IMG/VR virus record: IMGVR_UViG_3300027418_000370
DNA: 64,000 nucleotides
Reading direction: 5' to 3' (one strand)
Source of the DNA: a virus
Part shown: piece after piece, positions 40,407 through 51,100 of the stretch
Layout of the letters: each line of letters begins with the position of its first letter
Numbering within the stretch: the stretch's first letter is position 1
Translations under genes and position numbers: made by a program
Notes under the pieces: generated by a model
Told to the model about the DNA's origin: nothing
What the model saw: only the letters and a program-made list of their open reading frames with translations
Databases searched by the model: none

Positions 40407-42092
40407 ATGGCTAATCAAACTATAGCAGGATTTCACGACAGGGACGGTAATATAGGCGTCGGTACAACAGCACCAGAAAACCGTCTACACCTAGGACCAA
40501 ACTCAGGTAATGTTAAGCTAGCACTTGAATGGAGTGATAGTCATTCAGCAACCTCAGGAGAAGCTTACTCAACAATCTACACCTCAGGCCAAGGAGGTAC
40601 TTATCCATTTAGCGGCAGAGGTAACCTAGTCTTACAACCAAGAAATACTGACGGCAATGGTTCAGGTGATTTAGTTGTAATGACAGGAGCAACAGCTACA
40701 CCAAAGTTAGTTGTTCAAGCAGGAGGTAACGTAGGTATTGGAACTGTTTCACCAACAGCCCAGCTTCATGTAACAGCTTCTAAATCTACTGCCTGGTTAG
40801 CAGTACTGGATAATAGCTCAGACAGCGGCCACGGACTATACATTAAAGCAGGCGGCACCTCAGGTACCCGTTACATAACCCAATGGAGAGATGCAGCAGG
40901 AACAGAAAGATTCCACATGCAAGATACCGGAGAGATGTATGCCCCTAGTATCGGAACAGGTACTGATAATTCTGTTGTTGTCTTAAATTCATCCGGTTAC
41001 TTTAAGACCGACGAGATTGACTCTAGAGTTTGGGGATCTACTTTAGTAGACGGATCAGGAACAGCTAACTATATTACTAAATGGTCTGATGCTGATACGC
41101 TTACTAATTCCGTTATGTATGATGACGGTACAAATATCGGTATTGGCATTACTACACCATCAGCAAAAGTAGACGTATATCAATCCGGTTCTACAGCCTT
41201 TAACGTAGCCGGTTCACAAGGACAGCTCTTTAGCGTTACTGATTCTCTATCAGGATCACTAATGTCTGTAAATGATATTTCGGGTATTCCAATCCTAGAG
41301 GTGTTCTCGGATGATAGAGTTGTGATGGGGCAGTACGGCACAAATGCTCTAGTAGTCAATGGAACGAGTGTAGGTGTAGGCACATCAGCACCTGTATTAC
41401 CATTACATGTTAGAGGTCAAGCTCAAATAGGAAGCAACGGTAACCAGCTTGCACACGCTGCACTACAGGTATCAGCCGGAGAAGGAGGTGCTACTCTTTA
41501 TAGAGACATTGATATTAAAGGGGCTTGGTCTTCAAACGAAGGTCACGCTATTACAGCAACCCATTCTTCTACCGCCAGTAACATTGTAGGGCAGATGGTG
41601 TTTGAATATAACAGCCCAGGATCTAGAATTAAGTGGGGTAGATTATATCATAGCGGTGACCAGTCTACCTATCCAATGCAGCTGGTGAGTAACGGTTCTA
41701 ATGCTAATTTAGGTATCGGTACCGGTTCACCTGCCTACCAATTAGACGTTACAGGTACCATCCGTGCTACTGGTGACGTTATTGCATACTCTGACCGTAG
41801 AGTCAAGCAAGATATTGTAACGTTAGAGAACTCAGTAGACTTAGTTAAGAAGTTAAGAGGTGTATCTTACAAGAAGATCGGTGAAGACGATCAGAAGATC
41901 GGGGTAATTGCACAAGAAATCTTAGAAGTACTACCGCAAGTAGTATCAAAAGATGAGAATGGTATGTATTCGGTAGCGTACGGCAACATGGCCGGCCTAT
42001 TTATAGAAGCGATCAAGGAGCAACAACAGCATATTGAGACCTTAGAAGAGCGCATACAAAAGCTTGAGCAGTTACTAACCCAAAAGCCTTAA
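40407..42092 (+). CDS. Fibre protein with C-terminal intramolecular chaperone (peptidase S74)
   Basis: GNVGIG repeats; AY|SDRRVKQDI...LRGVSY...IGVIAQE...VAYGN...EAIKEQQ followed by a coiled coil. Confidence 0.85.
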   Translation: MANQTIAGFHDRDGNIGVGTTAPENRLHLGPNSGNVKLALEWSDSHSATSGEAYSTIYTSGQGGTYPFSGRGNLVLQPRNTDGNGSGDLVVMTGATATPKLVVQAGGNVGIGTVSPTAQLHVTASKSTAWLAVLDNSSDSGHGLYIKAGGTSGTRYITQWRDAAGTERFHMQDTGEMYAPSIGTGTDNSVVVLNSSGYFKTDEIDSRVWGSTLVDGSGTANYITKWSDADTLTNSVMYDDGTNIGIGITTPSAKVDVYQSGSTAFNVAGSQGQLFSVTDSLSGSLMSVNDISGIPILEVFSDDRVVMGQYGTNALVVNGTSVGVGTSAPVLPLHVRGQAQIGSNGNQLAHAALQVSAGEGGATLYRDIDIKGAWSSNEGHAITATHSSTASNIVGQMVFEYNSPGSRIKWGRLYHSGDQSTYPMQLVSNGSNANLGIGTGSPAYQLDVTGTIRATGDVIAYSDRRVKQDIVTLENSVDLVKKLRGVSYKKIGEDDQKIGVIAQEILEVLPQVVSKDENGMYSVAYGNMAGLFIEAIKEQQQHIETLEERIQKLEQLLTQKP

Positions 42093-42096
42093 GAGC

Positions 42097-42104
42097 TATT
42101 TATA
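42097..42104 (+). promoter_or_regulatory. TATTTATA putative late promoter motif
   Basis: Upstream of ATG 42119. Confidence 0.6.
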
Positions 42105-42118
42105 CTTAAAGAGAGTTC

Positions 42119-45100
42119 ATGGCCGACATCCGTATTATACCCTCCATAGGGGCGATCAACGTTACAGGTAGTGCAGAATTTAGAGGGACGGCAGGTACGT
42201 CCTTGCTATACCTATCAGGATCCGGGCTAATCGGCGTAGGAACTACTGATCCACAGTCAGAATTACACGTTGTAAGCAGTGGAACACGTTTTGTTACACT
42301 AGATCGCAGTGGAACACGCAGTTATGACCTAGGAGTCAACAGTTCTGGTACGTTTTTACTGACAGACAACACAGAAGCCGCCGACAGAATAGCTATTTCC
42401 CTGTCTGGATCAGTGGGTATAGGTACAACACAGCCTGTAGAGCAGTTAAACGTTGTAGGTGACGTAAGATTTGGTAATAGCTCAGACTATGTAAGATTTA
42501 GCACAGAAAATAGCAATGCTAAGATTGAACTAGTAGATAATAACCAGTCAAATCCTCCTACGATCTACGGTAACGGTCCGTATATGGAGTTTCATAACGG
42601 AGGAGCTCAAAGAATAAGGTTAAATTCTAATGGAACGGTACAGTTTAATGCTTATGGATCTGGTACTAACACCGGATCGGCTGCTTACAGCTTAACAGTA
42701 GATTCATCTGGCAACATTATCGAGTCTACCTTAGCAACTGTTAACGGCTCAGGTACAGCCAACTACATCCCTAAATGGAGCGACAGCGACACGCTTACTA
42801 ATTCTGTAATTTACGAGACAGGTGGTGTTATCGGTATCGGAATAACCACTCCGGCCACAAGACTTGCACTAGGCTCTACTCAAGGCTCTGGTATTGATTT
42901 CTTATACGATACTACAAACAACTATAAGAACCAAATAAAGAACTACTGGAATTCTAGTACAGATACTAGAATGGACTTTAATATCGGCAGAAACTCAGGA
43001 GTAACTCCGGTAACAGTTATGTCGGTAGGCTACGGAGGTAACGTAGGCATCGGTTCTACAGCACCCGAAGGTAAGCTTAACGTAGTCGGATCCGCCGACG
43101 TATTGATAGTAGAAGGGTCCGGGTCAACAGCCAATACAACCATCATGGCTGTCGATGGAAATAACGGACGTCTATTTGAGGTCTCTGATGATCTATCTGA
43201 CTCTTTGTTCTCGGTTAATACTATAGCTGGTCTACCGGTTATGGAGGCGTTTGCCGATAATAGAGTAGTCTTAGGAGCTTACAATCAGTACGATTTATAT
43301 ATTACTGGCAGTAGAGTTGGCATTGGAACATCAGCTCCAGAAGCACCTTTACATATTTTAGGTAATTTTGATGCTAACAACCCTAAGCAGCTTGTTATCG
43401 CTAGCCGAGAAGATGCAGGATCAGTATACAGCGGTATTCAATTTGAAAGAGCAGGAGGAGGTACCTTCTTTGGGTTAGGAAACGATTCTAGAACTGATAG
43501 AGACGAAATCTTTGTTGGTGGAGGTTTTGGAAGCGTAACTAATGCTACAGCATTCAGAGTATTTACCGGAGCATACGGAAGCACAGTAGGCACAGAAAGA
43601 CTATCTATTCTCTCAAACGGATACGTAGGTATTGGTACTACTAGTCCTGGATTTAAACTAGATGTAAGAACCGGAAATCAAGGAGATATAGCAAGCTTTA
43701 GAGGAACAGGTTATCCTATTACTTTTGCTACCACAGGTAGTGCCGGTAACTACTACGGCACCCAGATGATGATGGCAGCTGACTCAGGATCAACTCAGGC
43801 AGCATTTAGATTAAATACCCGCTATAACTCAGCAGTAGGCTCAGGAGTAGCATTTACTATTGAATCTTCAACTAACGATCAGAGCTACGGACAAAATCCA
43901 TCAGCACTTACTTATTCTGAGAAATTTAGAATTACTCAAGATGGTAACGTAGGTATCGGCACAGCATCACCGGGATACAAACTACAAGTCAACGGCAACG
44001 CTAAATTTGACAGCGATGTTTACTTCTACAACACCGTACTAGATCCTGCATCTAACTTTGCCACTCAAAGAGGGGCAGGATTTAAAGCATCCACAGGTAA
44101 GTTCGAAGTAGCATCTTCAGAAACAGCCCTAGAACTAAGCAGATTTAGCACTACCGGACCTGTCTTATCCATCAGACATTCAGGCTCTCAGGTATCTCAT
44201 TTAGACACAGACGGTGGAGCAACATTTACCGGGGATGTATCAATAGGAGGAGACTTAACTGTAGACGGTATTATAACCGCTAAAGAATTTCACACAACGT
44301 TTGTCTCTGCTTCTATTATCTATCAATCAGGCTCTACTCAATTTGGTGATAGCTTTGATGATACTCACACCTTCAGAGGAGGAGTAGAGATTATAGAAAG
44401 TAATACTGTACCTACTCTAACCCTTACTAGAGACGTAAGCGGCACTACCTACACATACGGGCAATTTACAAACGCTGGATCTGATTTTTATGTTAACAGT
44501 CTAGCAGCAATTTTTATTAACGCTGATTCAAACTCAGATTCAACTTCTACCGATAGAATAATTAAATTCGGTAATAGAGGTTCTGAGCTCATGCAATTAG
44601 ATGCTAGCGGTAACTTAGGTATTGGTACTACTAGTCCAGCAGATTTACTGCACATTGACGAAGGTGATATTCGAATAAACGACGGTAATAACGGAACTGT
44701 AAGAGGTTTATATATAAGACATGCTGGTATAACCGGTAATGTTACATCATTAGTCCAAGATACATCAGGCTCTCCTAGAGCACATCTAAAATCTTCTGAA
44801 AGATCTTTATGGATCTCTGCACAGTCAGACGGAGGTGGTGTTTCTACTGAGACACTAAGACTCTATAACAACCAGAATCTAGGTCTCGCAGTAGATTATA
44901 GCGGTAGTGTCGGTATAGGTACCACAAACCCTAGTACCATACTTCATGTATATAGAGGAGGTACAGGTACAGTTTATGATTTAACTTTACAAAGCGGTGA
45001 TGATTCAACAGGAGCAAGACACGGTATCTTATTTAGAGGCGGTGCTGCTAACTATGAAGCATTAATCAGAACAGGTAACTACGGATCCTACAGAAGTAAT

Positions 45101-48100
45101 CTAGAGTTCTGGGTGAGTAATCAAACCTCAGGAGGTTCAACATTAGTGCAAGCTCTTTCTATATTAAGTGCCGGTGATGTAAGACTTAATGAATACGGCT
45201 CAGGTACTGTCACAGGCACAGCCGCCTACAACCTTTCGGTAGATTCTACAGGTAAGATTATCGAAACTGCCAATCCTTCCTTAACAGGAACAGGAACAGC
45301 AAACTATGTTACCAAATGGAGCGGTACTAACTCGCTCACTAACTCCGTTATATATGATACCGGAACTAACGTAGGTATTGGTAACACTTCTCCATATACT
45401 AAGTTTGAAGTAAGAGGAACTATACACTCAGAAGTTGGCGCTTCTACAATTCCTCAGATACTACTAGGATCCCCAGGTTTAAATTATGGTCAAATTCAGA
45501 ACGACGGTACCGGTATATGGTCATTAGGATATGGAGCTACAAATGCAGCTCTCGGTACACCAGTCTTAGCTTGGAACTCCTCAGGTAACGTAGGTATAGG
45601 TATTACTACTCCAGGAGCTAAACTACATGTCGTCGGTGACATCTCAGGATCTAGCGAAATTAGAGCACAAAGAGGATTCTTTAATCCTCAATATGACGAC
45701 ATCTACGGATTAAGAGTAGAGCCGCCTAACTCAGGTGATAAAGCTGTTATATATGTAAATAGAGGATATGGATCTCACAAAGGATCCGGTATATACATTG
45801 TAGGTGCAAACTATACAAACAACAATAATCAAGCATTTGTAGAACTTAACGCAGGTTCCTACTCAGGTATTGATACTAGGTATATACACGCTTACGATTC
45901 AGCAGGAACAGACTTTGTAGTATACGGAGACGGTACAGTAGTAGCAGGTAAGTATCAGCTTACAGATAATGCTGCTAAGCACCCTTCTTCATCTTTCCAA
46001 TCACCGCAAGAAATCATCGCAGCAGGACTAGATGAAGGCAACGGACTGTACTATATCAACCCAGGAGGAAAGCTAGCTGCTCCAATTCAGGTGTACGTAG
46101 ACTTTACTACTCCTGATGCTCAAGGAGAGACAGGATGGATGCTTGTAGCATCGTTTACTACCGACTACACATGGGGTCTTGATTCTACTTCTACAGCAGC
46201 CGTATTAGGATCTACTGCAGTAAATGCATTCTCTGCTAACTTCGGTAACTACGTAGTAAACGACTTTAGAGTTCATGCCGCTCCAAGTGTAGATTCAGGC
46301 GGTACAAACTCATCAGGAGACTGGTACTACCACAGAAAAGAAGGAGTAGAGTGGAAAAAATGGTGGTCTGAAGCTAACTCAGGTCTTTACCCTAGGAGTA
46401 CTGCTATTAACCCATCTGTTAGAGACGGTTTAATTGGATTTGATTATTCACATAACATCAAGTTTAATTACACCAATACCGCTCATAAATCGAACGGTTT
46501 AAGTGATGCACCAGGATCGGTAGCGTACTGGGATGTACTTACTACAGCCGGTAACACTATGTCCATTCAATCACTAGCATCAGACGGTACATTAGGATGG
46601 TCTCATAATTTAACAAACACCGGTCAAGATATAGTAAGTCAGCATTCTATTGTCGGTTACGATGATGGGAATATTGTAGCGCGTTACGGTGACGCATTTG
46701 ATACTGCTGACGTAGGTAACGGATCAGGAGGTACAAGCGAGACTACCAAACTCTGGCTTTGGGTAAAAGGAAAGACGGTACGCGGAGGCTGGACCGACGG
46801 TGATGGATATGTTTATACAGAAGATACAGGAAGCAATGTTGGTATTGGTACTAGAGCTCCTGCAGATAAGCTTCATGTACAAGCAACATCGGGCAATGGT
46901 TTAACCATCATTACAAACGATGTATCCACAATAAAAATGAAGTCGTCTACCGGCGGTACTAAGAGCTGGGGATTTGCGACTACAAATTTAGCTGCCAGTG
47001 ATTTTGGAATATACCAGAGTGATTCTAATGGCGGTGATCCAATCAGTGCAGGCACAGCAAAACTTTACTTCAAATCAGATGGTAATGTAGGTATTGGGAC
47101 AACTTCTCCTGACGCTACAATACACGTATATTCTACTGCCGACACCTCAGGAATGGTCGGTAACTTTAGAAGAGGTATAAACGGACTAAACGAATACACT
47201 TACATTAAAGTAGGAAACAGTGCTCCGGCTTACTTCGGTAACATGCTACTATCGGACGATGTAGCATATATCTCTAGAGCAGCAGATCCAACCGGAGGAA
47301 ACGGATTATTTGTACAAGGAAGCGGTAACGTAGGTATTGGTACTAAAAGCCCTTCTCAAAGACTTCATGTATACGGAGGCTACATTAAAGCTTCAGATGA
47401 CGGAACTACTACTGCATTTATGCAAGGTGGAGGATCAAATGGATACGCTTACTTTGGAGCATTAGGCAATGGGCCAGCAGCGTTTGGTAACTCTGAAAAC
47501 TGGACAACGCTTGTTGCTGATGGCGGTAATGTAGGTATTGGTTCTACAGCACCTAACAAGAAGTTTGTAGTAACAGGAGCTGCCAATGATGAATGGATAG
47601 CAACGTTTACAAACAGTGGAACTACTCCATACGGTGTTTACGTTGACACATCAGCAAATAGCGGCACAGCGTATTCATTTGCTGTCTACACAAACGCCGG
47701 TAATGGTTTATTTGTACGTAATAACGGTAACGTAGGTGTAGGAACTTCATCACCAGCTTCTGGAATTAAACTAGACGTAAGCGGATCAGTATCTGTAGCA
47801 GGAGATGAAGGCTTAAGATTAGGTTACGTAGGAGATCACGGAGCATACGACAACGTTAAAATAACATACTCAGGATACAATGGAGGATCACCAGAGGTAA
47901 TATTTACTCCTAGAACAACACCAGGATCCGGTGAACTCACTACATTCTTCCGATTTAAGAATAGTAACGGAACTGCTTCAAACAACAACCTAGCAAGCGT
48001 TAGTGTTGATAACGATTTAGAAGTAGGAGGAGATCTTACCGTAGATGGAATCATTACAGCTAAAGAATTCCATACTACGTTTGTATCAGCTTCTATTATA

Positions 48101-51100
48101 TACCAATCAGGCTCAACCAAGTTCGGTAATAGCTCAGACGATATACATTATTTTACAGGTAACATAGGAGTTAACGTTTCAGATCCTCAGGCACCTTTAG
48201 AAGTAAAAGGAGCAAGTAATACCCCAGCCGACGGTAATGAAGTTATTTCGGTAACAAATACAACCGGGAACACTAAACTTCTTTTAGGTGTAGCAGAAAA
48301 CAGCTACGGATGGATTCAAGCAGCTGAAGGCTCTTCAGACAGAAACATCTTATTAAATCCAAACGGAGGACATACAATAGTTGGAGCTACATCAAAGCTC
48401 TCTGCCTACGGTGCAGACTTTACTACTCTTTCTGTACAGACACAGACCGGAGACAATGCTGCCATCATAGAATTAGGAGGTAACAGAACAGCCAATCCTG
48501 GTAATCAGAACGGTATGATTCAGTTCTTCAATAAGACTGGAACAGCTACTGAGGTAAACAGAATATCTTCTATACAAGGATCTGATGTAACATCAGGAAG
48601 TATCTCCTTCCATACCAACTACGGAGGAACCTTTAGCGAGAAAGTACGCATAAGTGACAACGGTGACGTAGGTATTGGAACTGATTCACCAAAAACAAAA
48701 TTAGCAGTAGCAGATGATGCTCCAAACAGCACCCTAACAGCAGGTAATGCGGTATTAGATGTATACGGAACAGCTGCAACAGCTAGGACAGATAATAGTA
48801 GCTTAGATATCCTAAGACTACATAGAAATAATGATGCTACTCCATCAAAGGCATCTACCTTTGCAATAGGGTTATCTTTCCACGAAGATCCAGGAAACAA
48901 CTACCCAAGAACTAGAGCAGACTTTAAAACTACAGGTAGAACAACAGATGATTCTGATGTAGCCTTAACAGTAATGTCTGTAGTGGATACTGGTAGAATT
49001 GGTGTTGGTACAACTGATCCTACTAACAGAATAACTGCATATCAAGGCGGTGGTGTTAGAGTATCGGGAATTGCTAGTGGTGGTTATATTGAGATGAGTG
49101 GTGATCTACCAGGATACTCAGCAAACCAATACCCAGTAATTAAATCGGGAGGTACTATTCATTTTGCAAATAATAATAAGTATTCTGCATACATTGAAGG
49201 TGCTAACACATACTTTGGACTTCTAGATAGCACTACTACAACTAAGGTATTACTTAGAACAAGTGGTAACTCTTACCTGAATGGTGGTAACGTAGGGATC
49301 GGTATAGCAGCCCCAGGCTACAAACTAGAAGTAGCAGGAGATGCAAGAGTACAGAGTAATACCTTCCTAGCAACTGATGCAAACAGCTATGTTAATATCG
49401 GTGCATCATATGTAAGTACAACTACAGCCTCTGATACAAAACTTATCTTACAGGGTAAGAACGTAACAGATGCCGGTACAAACTACTACGGAGACTTTGG
49501 TCAGATTTTATTATGGTCAAACTCAAACTATTCTGCTAGCTCTAGAAGATTCTTAATCACCAACGCACATAAGATTAATCAATTTGCGATAATTAGATCT
49601 GATGACGCAACTACAACACCTACCATCGGACAAGGAGGACTTGTGTCAAACGGTACTGCTGATTTTATAATTGATTACTATAGCGGTGCTGTGGGTATCG
49701 GACAAACTAACCCGGCCTACAAACTTCACGTAGAAGGAGATACCGGTATTGGAGCTAACTATGCATTTAAAGCTAGATATACCACCAGTGATAATTACCA
49801 CGGTTCATTTAGATGGGCAGGGTTACAATTAGGTAATAACGGAACTAACAGAATCGTAGCCGGTAGAACAGGCGTAGGAGGATCTTTAGATTTCTGGGTA
49901 AACAACACAAACGATGCTTCTGACTACTCAGTAACACCAGACGGTACTAGAGTATTGACTTTATATTCTACCGGTACAGCAGGATTTACCGGAGGAGTAT
50001 CTGCTGCTTCATTTACTGGATCTTTACAGGGTAATATCACCGGCACAGCAGCCAGTGAAACTCTAGCAACCGTTGTTGCAAGAGGTAACTCTACGTCAAC
50101 TAATATACGTGTACAGAGACCTTCTAATAAAGTAGACAACAACGGAAACCCTACCGAATTTGGTAGCCGCGTAGAATTTAACAACGCGTTTGCTACCAAC
50201 GAATCCGGGTATATGATATTCAGATTCCCTACCTATAATAACTTCCTAATCTCAGGAGATTACGATGGTAATATAGGTGGTGCTATACCAAACATTCAGT
50301 TTGGTAGACAGTCAACTGTTTACATGCACATCAATAGTAGCGATGGTAACGTAGGTATTGGCACTACAGCACCAGATAGTACACTACACGTACATTCTTC
50401 TTCACCGATCATCACCGTATCGAACTCAGATACAAGTATTATAGACGGACAGGTGATAGGTCAGGTTGACTTCAAGTCTTTTGACGGTAGTACAAATATG
50501 ACAAACGTCTTCGGCTCTATTAGAACAGAAGCTCAAGGAACTCTTGACAACGGAGTTGACGATGGCGGTAAAATGGTGTTTAGCACCTTTAAGCAATCCA
50601 CTACTCTTGTTGACCAAATGGTTATTGATAGAGAAGGTAACGTAGGTATTGGTAATACTACTCCTACTAGTACTTTAGAAGTTGGTGGTCAAGTTTTAAT
50701 AAGTGCTACAGCTCCTCTTTTGGACTTTGTAGATACAAATAGCTTTACAGATACTAACGATAGATTTAGAGTAAGAGCTGGCGGTAATGAAGGATTGATT
50801 CAGTGGTATGATAATTCAGCAAGCAGTTTATTAAGTATAATGACATTCCAACCAAACGGGGATGTTATAGTACCTAATGGTAACGTAGGTATTGGAGTCA
50901 CAGATCCTGAGAGAAAATTAGAAGTTAAAAGTGATACTACCTACGACGGTATACTAATCGATACCTTATCGGCACCTGAGATCGTACTTAGAGATAGAGG
51001 AAACTCAGACACATTAATAGGAACAGGTAGGCACGGTCTTGACGATTTTCACATTGATACCTACGCAGGTAATGCTTTCTTTATTAAGGGTAGTAGCAGA

